NCBI GenBank assembly: GCA_965209035.1 | Contig: OZ242372.1 | Coordinates: 576,001-640,000, forward strand | Reading direction: 5' to 3' | Source: Gammaproteobacteria bacterium | GTDB lineage: Bacteria > Pseudomonadota > Gammaproteobacteria > CBDBNL01 > JAAOII01 | Length of the DNA stretch: 64,000 bases | Shown: one piece after another, positions 30,641-41,860 of the stretch | Position numbering within the stretch: the stretch's first letter is position 1 | Layout of the letters: each line of letters opens with the position of its first letter | Notes under the pieces: model-generated | What the model saw: only the letters and a program-made list of their open reading frames with translations | What the model was told of the DNA's origin: nothing | Database searches by the model: none | Translations under genes and position numbers: made by a program

Positions 30641-33532
30641 TTATTCGGTAAAAGCAGCCTCCACCAACTGCATCTGCTGTTTGTGGTGCAAACTGTTATA
30701 ACCGGTTGCCGGCGAAGAGGATGCCTCTCTGCCCGCATATTGCAGTTCGGCATTTGGCACATAATCGCGCACGGCAATTTCCAGGTGATGCTTGCTGCTA
30801 TACCATGCCCCCTGGTTTTTTGGTTCTTCCTGACACCAAACAATCTTATCCACATTCTTAAACGGTCTCAGCACCGCCTTCAATTCTTCGTGCGGGAAGG
30901 GATAAACTTGTTCAATGCGAACCACCTCGGCATCCGGGAAGTTATCTTCCCGCTTCTTTTGAATCAGTTCGTAGTAAACCTTGCCGCTACAAAGAACCAC
31001 CCGGCGAACATCCTTGCGGTTTTTTGTTCGCTCGCAACCGATGACCGGCTTAAAACCTCCCCGTGTCAATTCCTCCAAGTCGGACGCCGCTTCTTCCTTG
31101 CGCAGAAGACTCTTCGGCATCATCACCACCAACGGCTTGCGCAAGGGGCGAACCACCTGACGCCGCAACATATGAAACACCTGGGCGGCGGTGGACGGGA
31201 CACAGACCTGCATATTCATACCGGCACAGAGTTGTAAGAACCGTTCCAGCCGAGCCGAAGAATGTTCCGGTCCCTGGCCTTCGTATCCGTGTGGCAACAA
31301 AAGAACCAGACCGCAAAGTCGCATCCATTTGGACTCGCCGCTGGACAAAAACTGGTCTATCACCACCTGGGCGCCGTTGGCAAAATCGCCAAACTGTGCC
31401 TCCCAAACAACCAAGCCATCCGGTCTGGTTGTCGCATAGCCGTATTCAAACGCCATCGCCGCCTCTTCGGAAAGATAGGAGTCAAAAATCTGAAAGTTTC
31501 CCTGCTTCTTGGAAATATAACCCAGATTGCAATAGCCATCTCCGGTATCCTGCTCGTGAAGGACAGCGTGCCTGTGCGAGAAGGTCCCGCGCCGACTGTC
31601 CTGCCCGCTGATACGCACCGGAAAACCGGCATCCACCAGCGTGCCATAAGCCAGCAATTCGGCATAGCCCCAATCTATCTTTCTTTTACCCGCGCGCATT
31701 TCCTTCCGGTTTCCCAGAACCTTGCGAACCGTCCGATGCAGGTTCCAATCTTTGGGGGCAGTCTCCAACTTTTTGCCAATGCGGTTAAGCACGGCGGCAT
31801 CAACGCCCGTATCAAATTGGTTCTCCCATTTGTGTCCCAGATAAGGATCCCAATCCACGAACATATTTTTATTCGGCGCCTTGGTCAAACTCATCAACGA
31901 AATCTCGTTGTTGTCCAATTTCTCCCGGTAAGATTCTTTTTCCATTTCCGCATCCTCTTCGCTTATCACAGACTCTGCGATCAACTTGTCGGCGTAAATT
32001 TTGACGGCACCCGGATGCCGCTTAATGTGCCGATACATCCTCGGCTGTGTGATGGCCGGCTCATCGGCTTCGTTATGGCCGTATTTGCGATAACAGATCA
32101 AATCAATCACCACATCGGAATGAAACTCCGCCCGATACTCCAACGCCAGTTTTCCTGCAAAAAGAAGCGCTTCCGGGTCGTCGCCATTCACATGAAATAT
32201 CGGAGCGCCGATGAACTTGGCAATGTCGGTGGCATAAAAAGTGGAACGCGCATCACCCGCCAAACTGGTTGTGAAACCGATTTGATTATCCAGAATGATA
32301 TGCACCGTACCTCCTATGTGAAAACCGCGCAGCTGCGACATTTGCAACGATTCCATCACCACACCTTGACCGGAAAAGGCCGCATCGCCGTGAATGGCAA
32401 TCGGCAGCACCCGCTTGCCCTCGCTGTCTTTGCGTCTGTCCTGGCGTGCCCGCACCGAGCCCATCAACACCGGGATGACGATTTCCAAATGGGACGGATT
32501 AAACGCAAGAGCCATATGCACTGCGCCGCCTTCGGTGTTCAGATTGCTGGAAATCCCCTGATGATACTTGACATCACCGCCAAAATCCTCCGGAGCGCCG
32601 ACGCCAATTTTACCCTCAAACTCGTCAAAAAGAGACTTGGGACTCTTGCCGAAGATATTCACCAGCATGTTCAAGCGGCCGCGGTGTGCCATGCCGATGA
32701 CGATTTCCTTACAACCCGCCTCGCCCGCGGATTGCACCAGGTAATCCGTTAGCGGTATGAGTGCTTCGCCGCCCTCCAAACCGAAGCGCTTGGTGCCGGG
32801 ATACTTGGCGGCGAGTGCGTGTTCCAAGCCGGCGGCGGCAATCAACTTGCCAAGAATTCTGCGTTTTTGTGGTTTTGCCCAGTTGTAATGGCCGGCGGCA
32901 TTTTCCATCTTTTGTTTCAACCACTTTCTTTTCCGCCTGTCGTCAATATGTATGAACTCGGCGCCGATGGAACCGCAGTAGGTTTGTTTTAGCAGGCCGA
33001 CATATTTGTTCAAAGGGATCTTGCCTTTGACCGGCAAGAAGGTGGAAGAAACATCGCAAGCAGCCGTGGGGTCGCCGTTGAGAAGTTTCTTATAGGCATT
33101 ATCCAATTCGGCAGTATCCCGCCGTTGCCTGTATTCCAGAGGATTAATGCGGGCAGCCTTGTGCCCGTGAATGCGGTAGGCCTGTGCCAGATCGTAGGAA
33201 CTGCCATGCAACCCCCGCGTTTCGTCCGCGGTGTCCGCGATGACCCCGATTTCGGCGGGGGTTCCGTTATGATGCCGCTGTGCCGGAACCTGTTGTTCCA
33301 ATCGCCGCAGCAAAGTCGCATAGCCAACATCCGCCTCGGCAATTCCGTCGCCGTTTTTCAGTTGGCGAAAATAGTTTCTCCAGGTTTCGGGAACAGCAAG
33401 CGGATCCTTAAGATACTCGTCATACAGGATCTCCAAGTAAACCAGGTTATTGCCGGATGACTGCGAAGACGCAATGCCAAGATCCGCCGGATCGTTCTTA
33501 TATTCGGGCAAAGAGCCGTGATCACTTGCCAT
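30641..33532 (-). CDS. sucA: 2-oxoglutarate dehydrogenase E1
   Basis: [35 protein letters not shown]. Confidence 0.97.
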   Translation of the reverse strand: MASDHGSLPEYKNDPADLGIASSQSSGNNLVYLEILYDEYLKDPLAVPETWRNYFRQLKNGDGIAEADVGYATLLRRLEQQVPAQRHHNGTPAEIGVIADTADETRGLHGSSYDLAQAYRIHGHKAARINPLEYRQRRDTAELDNAYKKLLNGDPTAACDVSSTFLPVKGKIPLNKYVGLLKQTYCGSIGAEFIHIDDRRKRKWLKQKMENAAGHYNWAKPQKRRILGKLIAAAGLEHALAAKYPGTKRFGLEGGEALIPLTDYLVQSAGEAGCKEIVIGMAHRGRLNMLVNIFGKSPKSLFDEFEGKIGVGAPEDFGGDVKYHQGISSNLNTEGGAVHMALAFNPSHLEIVIPVLMGSVRARQDRRKDSEGKRVLPIAIHGDAAFSGQGVVMESLQMSQLRGFHIGGTVHIILDNQIGFTTSLAGDARSTFYATDIAKFIGAPIFHVNGDDPEALLFAGKLALEYRAEFHSDVVIDLICYRKYGHNEADEPAITQPRMYRHIKRHPGAVKIYADKLIAESVISEEDAEMEKESYREKLDNNEISLMSLTKAPNKNMFVDWDPYLGHKWENQFDTGVDAAVLNRIGKKLETAPKDWNLHRTVRKVLGNRKEMRAGKRKIDWGYAELLAYGTLVDAGFPVRISGQDSRRGTFSHRHAVLHEQDTGDGYCNLGYISKKQGNFQIFDSYLSEEAAMAFEYGYATTRPDGLVVWEAQFGDFANGAQVVIDQFLSSGESKWMRLCGLVLLLPHGYEGQGPEHSSARLERFLQLCAGMNMQVCVPSTAAQVFHMLRRQVVRPLRKPLVVMMPKSLLRKEEAASDLEELTRGGFKPVIGCERTKNRKDVRRVVLCSGKVYYELIQKKREDNFPDAEVVRIEQVYPFPHEELKAVLRPFKNVDKIVWCQEEPKNQGAWYSSKHHLEIAVRDYVPNAELQYAGREASSSPATGYNSLHHKQQMQLVEAAFTE

Positions 33533-33543
33533 CTCAGTCCGAG

Positions 33544-33855
33544 TTATCTCTTGTTTTCGTGATAACCGCTGATTGAGGTGACCTCGTCATTTTCAATCGT
33601 AATTGCAAAGGAGGTATCCAGATCTCGGGTGGAATAAGCCCAGATCCACTTTTCGCCGCCGATATACGGTTCTACCAGATAGGGGGTCCCCAATAATTCT
33701 TCTACCATCTCCTCGCTCATACCGATTTCAACCTTGTCGGCGTTTTCTTCGTCAAAGTAAACACCGCTGGTCGGGGTCGCACATGCCGCCAAAAGAGAGA
33801 AAGCAACCGCAAAAACAAAACTACCGAAACCAACGAACGGACTTCTGTTACGCAC
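33544..33855 (-). CDS. SmpA/OmlA (BamE-like) small lipoprotein
   Basis: Lipobox LLAA-C; VEIGMSEEMVEELLGTP; W.WAY. Confidence 0.7.
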   Translation of the reverse strand: MRNRSPFVGFGSFVFAVAFSLLAACATPTSGVYFDEENADKVEIGMSEEMVEELLGTPYLVEPYIGGEKWIWAYSTRDLDTSFAITIENDEVTSISGYHENKR

Positions 33856-34558
33856 GATTGGCTGCCATCATCTTTTTGATATTACCGATTGCCTTGGTAG
33901 GATTTAATTCCTTGGGGCAAACACTGACGCAATTCATGATCCCGCGACAGCGAAACACGCTGTAAGCGTCTTCCAGTTCTTCGAGGCGTTCCGAGGTGGC
34001 TCGATCGCGACTGTCCGCAAGAAACCGATAGGATTGCAGCAAGCCGGCGGGGCCGATGAACTTGTCGGGGTTCCACCAGAAAGACGGGCATGATGTGGAA
34101 CAGCAGGCACAAAGAATGCACTCATAAAGCCCGTCCAGTTTGGCGCGCTCCTCGGGGGACTGCAGCCGCTCGATGCCGGTCGTCGGCTCGTCATTCATTA
34201 AATAAGGCTTTATTTTTTCGTATTGACGATAAAACGGTTCCATATCCACGACCAGATCGCGCACCACAGGCAATCCCGGCAAAGGGCGAAGCACCAGTTT
34301 GTTACCGCGCGCCGCCTTGGACAAGGGGGTAACACAAGCCAGTGCGTTCTTGCCGTTAATGTTCATTCCGTCGGAACCGCAAACACCTTCGCGACAAGAA
34401 CGGCGAAAGGCCAGGGACGGTATTTTCTTTTCTTTTACCAAATGAAGGATATCCAGCACCATCAAATCTTTGCCTTTCGGCAGATCGACTTCCACGGATT
34501 GCATATAGGGTTTGCGATCCTCGTCCGGATTGTATCTGTAAATGTCTACTTTTAGCAT
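33848..34558 (-). CDS. sdhB: Succinate dehydrogenase Fe-S subunit
   Basis: SCREGVCGSD, CILCACCSTSCP, CRGIMNCVSVCP. Confidence 0.97.
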   Translation of the reverse strand: MLKVDIYRYNPDEDRKPYMQSVEVDLPKGKDLMVLDILHLVKEKKIPSLAFRRSCREGVCGSDGMNINGKNALACVTPLSKAARGNKLVLRPLPGLPVVRDLVVDMEPFYRQYEKIKPYLMNDEPTTGIERLQSPEERAKLDGLYECILCACCSTSCPSFWWNPDKFIGPAGLLQSYRFLADSRDRATSERLEELEDAYSVFRCRGIMNCVSVCPKELNPTKAIGNIKKMMAANRA

Positions 34559-34559
34559 A

Positions 34560-36332
34560 TTAATAAGTTCTTATTTGAGGTTTAAATGTATCCATACTCT
34601 CCGGCTGCATATTGACGGCGCGCTTGGTGATCTTGGCGGCACCCTTGTAATACACCGAATGCACCAACCAGTTTTTGTCGTCTCGGTCGGGGCAGTCGTC
34701 GCGCGAATGTGCGCCGCGACTTTCCGTACGCTGAAAGGCGGCAACGGCTGTCGCCATCGCAACTTCCATCAGGTTATCCAACTCCAGGGCTTCTATGCGT
34801 GCCGTATTGAAAACGCGACTCTTATCGGGCAAATGGGCTTTTTCAATCCGTGCTCGGATTTCATTCAGTTTCTTGATGCCGTGTTCCATCTTCTCGCCGG
34901 TTCTAAATACGCCAAAATATTGCTGCATAATCTCTTGTAAGTTAAAACGAATGGCGTCCGGAGTTTCCCCTCCTTCGGAAGCATCCCAACGGTTAAGACG
35001 GGCGGCTGCTTTTTCCAAATCGTCGTCCGCAGGGTCCGTGCCGGCATCTCCTTCCTTAAGAGCCCTTTCCAAGAACAGACCCGTGGCACGACCAAACACA
35101 ATCAAGTCCAACAGCGAATTGCCACCGAGCCGGTTGGCACCATGCACCGAAACACAGGCACTTTCACCCACCGCATAAAGACCGTCAATCAACTCGTCCT
35201 TGCCGCCGGGTTTCGGATTCATCGCTTGGCCGTAAATGTTCGTCGGCACGCCGCCCATCATATAGTGGCATGTCGGGATGACGGGAATCGGCTCTTTCGC
35301 CGGGTCCACATGTGCGAAGGTTTTTGATAATTCCACGATACCGGGCAGTCTGCTGTTCAGGGTTTCCGCCCCCAGATGATCCAACTTAAGCAGGACATGG
35401 TCTTTTTTATCGCCGACCCCGCGCCCTTCCATAGTTTCCAGAGTCATCGAGCGTGCCACCACATCCCGTCCGGCAAGGTCCTTGGCGTTGGGTGCGTACC
35501 GCTCCATAAACCGTTCGCCTTCGCCGTTAATCAGATAACCGCCTTCGCCGCGACAGCCTTCGGTAACAAGGACGCCCGCCCCGTAAATGCCGGTGGGATG
35601 AAACTGCCACATTTCCATATCTTGCAGGGCAAAGCCCGCTCGCAATGTCATTCCCAAGCCGTCCCCCGTATTAATGTGCGCGTTGGTGGTGGATTGATAA
35701 ATCCGCCCGGCACCGCCGGTCGCCAACACAACGGCTCGCGCCCGCACAAAAACCCGCTCGCCTGTCTCAATGCAGATTGCCAGGACACCGCAAACTTGCG
35801 ACTTGTGGTTGGTCACCAAATCTATGGCAAACCACTCATTAAGGAAACTTGTGCCGTATTTGATGTTGGCTTGAAAAAGAGTATGCAACAGTGCGTGCCC
35901 CGTCCTGTCGGCGGCGGCGCATGTTCTGGCAGCCTGCCCGCCCTTGCCGAAGTCCTTGGATTGCCCGCCAAAAGGACGCTGATAGATTCGCCCGTTTTCC
36001 GTGCGCGAAAAAGGCAAACCCAGATGCTCCATCTCAAAAACGGCTTTGGGTCCCTCGCGGCACATATATTCAATTGCATTCTGATCGCCTATGTAATCCG
36101 AGCCTTTGACTGTGTCATACATATGCCAACGCCAATCGTCTTCCGGGTCGGCACTGGCAATCGCACAGGTAATTCCGCCCTGGGCGGAAACTGTGTGTGA
36201 GCGGGTTGGGAACACCTTGCTGAGAACGGCAGTGCGCAGACCGGAGCGCGCCAACTGCAAGGAAGTCCGTAGCCCGGAACCGCCGCCGCCAATGATGACG
36301 GCATCGTAAGATTCTTGATGAATTTTAGGCAT
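34560..36332 (-). CDS. sdhA: Succinate dehydrogenase flavoprotein
   Basis: [33 protein letters not shown]. Confidence 0.97.
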   Translation of the reverse strand: MPKIHQESYDAVIIGGGGSGLRTSLQLARSGLRTAVLSKVFPTRSHTVSAQGGITCAIASADPEDDWRWHMYDTVKGSDYIGDQNAIEYMCREGPKAVFEMEHLGLPFSRTENGRIYQRPFGGQSKDFGKGGQAARTCAAADRTGHALLHTLFQANIKYGTSFLNEWFAIDLVTNHKSQVCGVLAICIETGERVFVRARAVVLATGGAGRIYQSTTNAHINTGDGLGMTLRAGFALQDMEMWQFHPTGIYGAGVLVTEGCRGEGGYLINGEGERFMERYAPNAKDLAGRDVVARSMTLETMEGRGVGDKKDHVLLKLDHLGAETLNSRLPGIVELSKTFAHVDPAKEPIPVIPTCHYMMGGVPTNIYGQAMNPKPGGKDELIDGLYAVGESACVSVHGANRLGGNSLLDLIVFGRATGLFLERALKEGDAGTDPADDDLEKAAARLNRWDASEGGETPDAIRFNLQEIMQQYFGVFRTGEKMEHGIKKLNEIRARIEKAHLPDKSRVFNTARIEALELDNLMEVAMATAVAAFQRTESRGAHSRDDCPDRDDKNWLVHSVYYKGAAKITKRAVNMQPESMDTFKPQIRTY

Positions 36333-36395
36333 CTTCTTTATTTGTTTTTATTTTATTAAAGTGACCGAGTGATTGATGCTGTCGTCGCCGCCCGA

Positions 36396-36740
36396 TTACA
36401 GTTGCCAGAGGACAGTGACAACCCACGCCAACTGTGCGAAGACTCCCAATGCCAGTAATGCCAACAACAACAGACGCAACCCCGTAGCCCGAACATAGTC
36501 GGTCAAAATAGTCCATACGCCCACCCAGATATGACCGGTTAATGCCACCATAGCAATTAAGGTGAAAATCCGCACGGGGGTATTGCGAAATAAGCCGAAC
36601 CACTCGTCATATGTCGGTTGGCCGCCGCAGACAGCAAAAAACCATACCAAAAACAACACATATGCCAGCAAAATAACCGCCGAAAAACGCTGCACCAGAT
36701 AATCCGCCAAACCGCTGCGGGTAAGATTTGTCGCACTCAT
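36396..36740 (-). CDS. sdhD: Succinate dehydrogenase membrane anchor
   Basis: RSGLADYLVQRFSAV, HIWVGVWTILTDY; ATG at 36740 overlaps the sdhC stop. Confidence 0.92.
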   Translation of the reverse strand: MSATNLTRSGLADYLVQRFSAVILLAYVLFLVWFFAVCGGQPTYDEWFGLFRNTPVRIFTLIAMVALTGHIWVGVWTILTDYVRATGLRLLLLALLALGVFAQLAWVVTVLWQL

Positions 36741-37120
36741 AAGAATAGCAGATAAAACACTACAAGAGAAAACACCAAGCCAAAAAGAATGACCAGGCGA
36801 GAAAGCAACTTGGCACTGCGCAGTTCCTCGCCCCAACCGAGGTCCATCAACAGATGCTTAACGCCGGCAAGCAAATGATAAAACAACAGACTGGCAAACA
36901 ACCACAGGGCAACGGAAAAAGGAGGGAGTTGCAACACGGACGCCACTTGGCGATAGGCGGTTTCGCCGGTGAGCGAGTAGGACCAGCCCCATATGAGCGC
37001 CGGCAGACCGAACACCAACATCAGGCCGCTGATGCGATGCAAGATAGAAGCGATTGCCATTACGGGAAACCGAAAGGCAAACAAGTTCAAATTGACCGGT
37101 CGTGTTTGTTTACTCGTCAT
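36737..37120 (-). CDS. sdhC: Succinate dehydrogenase cytochrome b556
   Basis: RPVNLNL, SILHRISG, YHLLAGVKHLLMD. Confidence 0.94.
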   Translation of the reverse strand: MTSKQTRPVNLNLFAFRFPVMAIASILHRISGLMLVFGLPALIWGWSYSLTGETAYRQVASVLQLPPFSVALWLFASLLFYHLLAGVKHLLMDLGWGEELRSAKLLSRLVILFGLVFSLVVFYLLFL

Positions 37121-37239
37121 TTAATTAATAAATACAATATCTGTTGCTGTTAATTAGTATCAGTTAAATAGTATTGTATAACAAATCCATAGTAAAAATT
37201 ACTTTTGGTGTTTGGTGTTTGGCTTTTGGCGGAGATTTC

Positions 37240-37350
37240 TTCGGTCGGAATGGGAATGATATGGCATTTGGGGATGGGGATGAGGATGAGGATGATGCTG
37301 GCGTGGCGGCGATGGCGATGATAGCGATAGCGGCGATGTTCGTGTTGATG
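37240..37350. repeat. Degenerate 6-bp simple repeat (gatgag/gcgatg) upstream of sdhC
   Basis: gggatggggatgaggatgaggatgatg...gcgatggcgatgatagcgatagcggcgatg. Confidence 0.6.
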
Positions 37351-37621
37351 TTGCCTATTGTAGTTAACTCCGGCTAAAAATGTATGCATCGGCAAACACG
37401 CAATGCAAGTTGTGCCGGATGATCGGTCTTATCTCCATAACTCATATTATAAGTGAATAAACAAACCGAGAAATTGGAGGTTTTAGAGAATGGAAACAAC
37501 TTCCGCCGCCAGATCCCAAACTTCCCAAAATGCCCAAACTCACCTTATGTTTTTATTCTTGCGGCAGTGCGGCAGCCGAGCTCCCTTGCCCTCCTGTTTG
37601 CGGGTTCTTTAATAGCCGGGC

Positions 37622-39220
37622 TTATTTTCCGGGCGGTGACGATTCTGACGATTCTTTTGCGGGGCCCAGTTCGCGCCGGATCCCGTCCGTCAGTTCGGTG
37701 AGTGCGGCATTTGACATGATGACAATCCTGTCGCCGTTCTTTGCCCTTTTACCGAGTTGTGTGCACAGGGTTCGTATGTCCGTAAAGAAATTTGCCCGCA
37801 GGCTACCTCGCTCGTTGGCAAACAGAAGGGTCGGGTCCCAGTGCAACGGGCGCGGCGCAAACCAGAAAACCTCGTCCGCAACGGCAGTCGCAGCCGCCAG
37901 ACTCTCTTTGTGAACTCCCAAACGCATACTATTGGAAGCCGGCACAACCACGGCAAGTAACCGTCGCTGATTCGCTTCCTTTAAAGCTTCCAAACTCGCG
38001 CGAATGGCGGTGGGATGATGGGCAAAGTCGCTGATCAATTCTATGCCCGGCTCGTTTCGGCCGAAAAACCCGAGCGACTGCAACCGCCTTTCTACCCCGC
38101 GAAAACCGGCGAGCGCATCGGTGGGATCCGCCTTGGTTAAAAGACGCAGGCACGCCAAGGCGGCGAGCGTATTGTCCGCATTATGTCTGCCCGTCAAACG
38201 CGATGTAAATTGAAGTTTAAACCCACTCCGATCATCGCCCGTCTCCTCTTGCGTCCGGGCAGCTGTGACGGCATCCTGTTTTACCGGGGCGGCTGCGCTG
38301 GCATTTTCTTTTTCACCGCCGAGAATGTACTGCTCGGCGAACCAAGCATTATCGCAGCCGTTGTCCTTATCGTGGCCATTGCCGGAGCCCTTGCGGCCGA
38401 TTGTCCACAGAGTGGCGTCCTTGGCGGCTTGGGCGGCCGCAAGGGCTTCGGGTAACTCATCGGCATGGCAAAGGCGATGGCGATGGGCGCGGCATTCTTC
38501 CGCTAGTAATTTTTCCAATACCTTATTGCCGTGCCGATAAATGACATGACCGCGTTCCGGGACGGTGCGCAGCAGGTGACGGAACTCCCTGACCAATGCC
38601 TCCATATCCGGGAAGATGTCGGCATGATCGTATTCCAGATTATTAATAACAAGAATGTCCGGTCTGTAATGAATGAACTTTGCTCGTTTGTCGAAGAAGG
38701 CACTGTCGTATTCGTCCGCTTCCAGCACAAACAGATCCCCGCCGCCCGGGTCGGCCGGCAAGTTAAAGTTTTTGGAATGACCGCCGATTAGGTAGCCCGG
38801 TCGCAGGCCGCATTCGCGGCAAAGATGGGCAAGGAGCGCGGTTGTGGTTGTTTTACCGTGTGTTCCCGCAACCGCGCAGACTGTGCGCATTCCCGGTTGC
38901 CTTAGCAGATGCCGTGCCAACCATTCGGGGGCGGAAACATAGGGCAGATGTTCGTTGAGGATTTTTTCCACGGACGGCACCCCCCGCTGCATTGCATTGC
39001 CAATCACATACAGATCGGCGGACGGCAAGTTGTCCGCCGCGTAGTTTTCAATCACACGCACACCCGCTCCGGCAAGAATGTCGCTCATAGGCGGATAGAT
39101 CCGCGCATCCGTGCCGCTAATTTTGTATCCCAAAGAGCGCGCCAACAAGGCAAGCCCTGTCATGAAGGTGCCGGCAATCCCCAGAAAATGGATGTGTGTT
39201 GTTTGATGCGATGTCGTCAT
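37622..39220 (-). CDS. mpl: Murein peptide ligase
   Basis: HIHFLGIAGTFM, AGTHGKTTT, EADEYDSAFFDKRAKF, DFAHHPTAI. Confidence 0.92.
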   Translation of the reverse strand: MTTSHQTTHIHFLGIAGTFMTGLALLARSLGYKISGTDARIYPPMSDILAGAGVRVIENYAADNLPSADLYVIGNAMQRGVPSVEKILNEHLPYVSAPEWLARHLLRQPGMRTVCAVAGTHGKTTTTALLAHLCRECGLRPGYLIGGHSKNFNLPADPGGGDLFVLEADEYDSAFFDKRAKFIHYRPDILVINNLEYDHADIFPDMEALVREFRHLLRTVPERGHVIYRHGNKVLEKLLAEECRAHRHRLCHADELPEALAAAQAAKDATLWTIGRKGSGNGHDKDNGCDNAWFAEQYILGGEKENASAAAPVKQDAVTAARTQEETGDDRSGFKLQFTSRLTGRHNADNTLAALACLRLLTKADPTDALAGFRGVERRLQSLGFFGRNEPGIELISDFAHHPTAIRASLEALKEANQRRLLAVVVPASNSMRLGVHKESLAAATAVADEVFWFAPRPLHWDPTLLFANERGSLRANFFTDIRTLCTQLGKRAKNGDRIVIMSNAALTELTDGIRRELGPAKESSESSPPGK

Positions 39221-39316
39221 TTTAGTTGTGAGCCGGGACGCAAAAGCGACCGCACTTTTAATCCGGTGAGAGCGAGGGCGGAAGAAGAAACGGGCTGGCT
39301 CGGTCCCGCCCGTCTG

Positions 39317-40525
39317 TTATTGATCCGATGTCCGTGATACGAAAGGAGGCCCGCTGCGCGGACGGCAAGATAACGCACACCAATAACGCGCGCCGATTCC
39401 CAGAGCAGCGTCATTAAAGTCATACTTCGGCGTATGCAGCGGTGAGGAGTTGCCGTTGCCCAGCCAAGCATAGCAGCCGGGAACCTCTTCCAGCATATAA
39501 GCAAAATCTTCGCCGCCGGTGCTCGGCAACAGATCTCGTCTGACGCGTCGGGACGAAACGGCACGGGCGGCGGATTCGCAAAAATCCGCCGACTCCTTTT
39601 CATTAATAGTAGCCACGGTCACCGTCTTTTCGGTGAAGTTGCCTTTCAGACCATAGGCACCGCATACGGAAGACAGCAGGCGGCGCATGCCGGTAACAAG
39701 AGTGCGCCGCGTCTGTTTGCGGAAGTAACGCAGCGTTCCTTTTAAGTGCACAGTTGCCGGCAGGACATTGTAATTCTCGCCGGCATGGCAGGCGGTAAAA
39801 CTCACAACCGCGGTATCCGCAGGGTCCGTATCCCGACTAACCAATGTCTGGGCGAGGTTCATAAATTGCGCCGCCGCCAACAAGGCATCCTTGCCCTTGT
39901 GCGGTATGGCGGCATGCCCGCCCTGGCCGCGAATTTCTATGTCAAACAGATCCACCGCCGCCATCACTTCCGCATCAAAAACAGCAAACTGCCCAACAGG
40001 CAACCCCGGCCAATTATGCAAACCAAACACGCGCCGCATCGGAAACTTACGAAATAACCCGGCATTCATCATCTTGACGGCGCCGTCCCCCTCTTCTTCG
40101 GCAGGTTGAAAAATAAAGTAAACAGTGCCGGCAAGATGTTCGCGTCGTGCCGCCAAGAAGTCCGCCGCCGCGAGCAGCATCGCGGTATGCCCGTCGTGGC
40201 CGCAGGCATGCATCACGCCCGGGTTGGCGGAGCGATGCTTAAAAGTATTTTCCTCCCGGATGGGAAGCGCGTCCATATCCGCGCGCAAGCCAATCGCCGG
40301 CAGCTCCCTTTTCCCGTTCGGGTGATCCAAGCGCGCCACCACTCCGCCGGCAAGCATCTTATAAGGAACATTCGCCTCTTTCAAACGCTCACAAACAAAC
40401 GCAGCCGTCCTCGCCTCTTCGCCGGAAAGTTCCGGCGCACGGTGCAGATGTCGTCGCCATTCGGTGTACTGCTTCTCGCGCCGGGCAAGATCGGCAAAGG
40501 GATATTTTTTGGCGTTTGGTTTCAT
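39317..40525 (-). CDS. M20D amidohydrolase (hippurate hydrolase-like)
   Basis: LRADMDALP, MHACGHDGH, FQPAEE, GEDF, LHTPKYDFND. Confidence 0.9.
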   Translation of the reverse strand: MKPNAKKYPFADLARREKQYTEWRRHLHRAPELSGEEARTAAFVCERLKEANVPYKMLAGGVVARLDHPNGKRELPAIGLRADMDALPIREENTFKHRSANPGVMHACGHDGHTAMLLAAADFLAARREHLAGTVYFIFQPAEEEGDGAVKMMNAGLFRKFPMRRVFGLHNWPGLPVGQFAVFDAEVMAAVDLFDIEIRGQGGHAAIPHKGKDALLAAAQFMNLAQTLVSRDTDPADTAVVSFTACHAGENYNVLPATVHLKGTLRYFRKQTRRTLVTGMRRLLSSVCGAYGLKGNFTEKTVTVATINEKESADFCESAARAVSSRRVRRDLLPSTGGEDFAYMLEEVPGCYAWLGNGNSSPLHTPKYDFNDAALGIGARYWCALSCRPRSGPPFVSRTSDQ

Positions 40526-41256
40526 TTTGCCTCTGCCGATGCGACCGATGCGCTCGCCGGAGCCGAGGCGACCGCCCCGCCCCCGTCATACCATTTTTTT
40601 AAACTCGGCAATCCCTGCGCGCAGCGCCCCACCCAGCGGCCAATCGGCGGTAACTCTGCGGGAATATTAACGCGCCCCGTTTGCACACAATATTGAATGT
40701 GCGACAGGACGATGATGTCGGCATAGTTCGGCATGTTGCCGCCGAAGAACTTCTCCGCCTCCAAGAAATCCGCAATGGTGTCAAATGCTTTTATCAGTTT
40801 GGCCGGATCCGCCCCCTTGGCGGCATCTTCCAGTCGGCATCCCAACCGTTTTTCGCGCGTGGCGCGAAAATACTCCCTGTCCTCATCGGCAAGAGCATTA
40901 AAGATATTAAACGCGGCAAGCCTAAAAGACAACATATAAAAACTGTGCATCGTATGTTGCATGTAAACACTCTGGGCCCGCTCCGCTTCGTTACGAAACA
41001 ACTTGCCGCGGGCGGCATAGGACCGGTCCAGGTAGTTTGCAATTTCCCAAGAATCGTTCATCCCGATCATCTCATTGCAGAGAATGGGCACTGTCTTAAA
41101 TTCTTCATCGTGCGGTCCTCTCACCGTCGGGATTTTTTTGTAATTGATCGGCACAGACTCAAACTCCAGCCCGCGCAATTCCAACAGCAACCGAATGCGC
41201 CAGCAGGGCGGGCTATACAGAACACCGTCCGGTGTTGCCAGTTCGTAAAGTTTCAT
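40522..41256 (-). CDS. Glutathione S-transferase, LigE/beta-etherase-like
   Basis: YSPPCWRIR, TVPIL, DSWEIANYLD, DREYFRATREKRLG, PNYAD. Confidence 0.75.
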   Translation of the reverse strand: MKLYELATPDGVLYSPPCWRIRLLLELRGLEFESVPINYKKIPTVRGPHDEEFKTVPILCNEMIGMNDSWEIANYLDRSYAARGKLFRNEAERAQSVYMQHTMHSFYMLSFRLAAFNIFNALADEDREYFRATREKRLGCRLEDAAKGADPAKLIKAFDTIADFLEAEKFFGGNMPNYADIIVLSHIQYCVQTGRVNIPAELPPIGRWVGRCAQGLPSLKKWYDGGGAVASAPASASVASAEAK

Positions 41257-41297
41257 AAAATTATTTTATATCGAAACCCGGCAAAAAAATTGTATTG

Positions 41298-41735
41298 TGT
41301 ATGATCCCACCCGGTTTTGGACGCCGCGTGTTGTTGTCCGAAGCGAACTCAGCCGGCGAGAGTTGTTTGTGAGCATAACGGGGACGCTCGCGATGATACC
41401 AAGCCAGCCACTCGATGAGTTTGGCGTTGAATGCCGGCAGATCCTTAAACAGGAGATGCCGCATATGACAACCGAACTCTTCCCCCAAGGTATTTATTAA
41501 AGAAGTGCGATTAAACCGTTCGCAGTGTGCATTCATTTGCGGTTTCCCAAAAAACAACATAGTATAAGTATACCAGTGGGTGCTGCCGTTTGCGGTCACA
41601 ACCCGGTGGAAGTCTTTGGCGAACTCACTGCCATTGTCGGTGAGGACTTTTTCGATCCGCACGCCGAGCATGTTTTGCATGGCGGTGAACAGCCGGGCGG
41701 AACGGGCCGAAGCAGCGGAGGTGTCGACACTGACC
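41298..41735 (-). mobile_element. IS481-like transposase relic (C-terminal integrase core + TGT end)
   Basis: VLTDNGSEF, PQMNAHCERFNRT, WY..ERP; terminus TGTATGATCCCACCC at 41298. Confidence 0.75.
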
Positions 41736-41744
41736 AGTGAGATG

Positions 41745-41833
41745 TGTATGATCCCACCCGGTTTTGGACGCCGCGTGTTGTTGTCCGAAGCGAACTCAGC
41801 CGGCGAGAGTTGTTTGTGAGCATAACGGGGACG
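41745..41833 (-). mobile_element. Second copy of the IS end (~90 bp), identical to 41298-41386
   Basis: tgtatgatcccacccggttttggacgccgcgtgttgttgtccgaagcgaactcagccggcgagag... repeated. Confidence 0.8.
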
Positions 41834-41860
41834 GTTGAAATACTCTCGAGCAGTTTCTTA

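Noticed and set aside
31262-32752. Long antisense ORFs (also 49347-50762, 57467-58351, 35376-36200)
   Set aside because: Shadows of well-supported genes on the other strand, arising from codon bias and repeats
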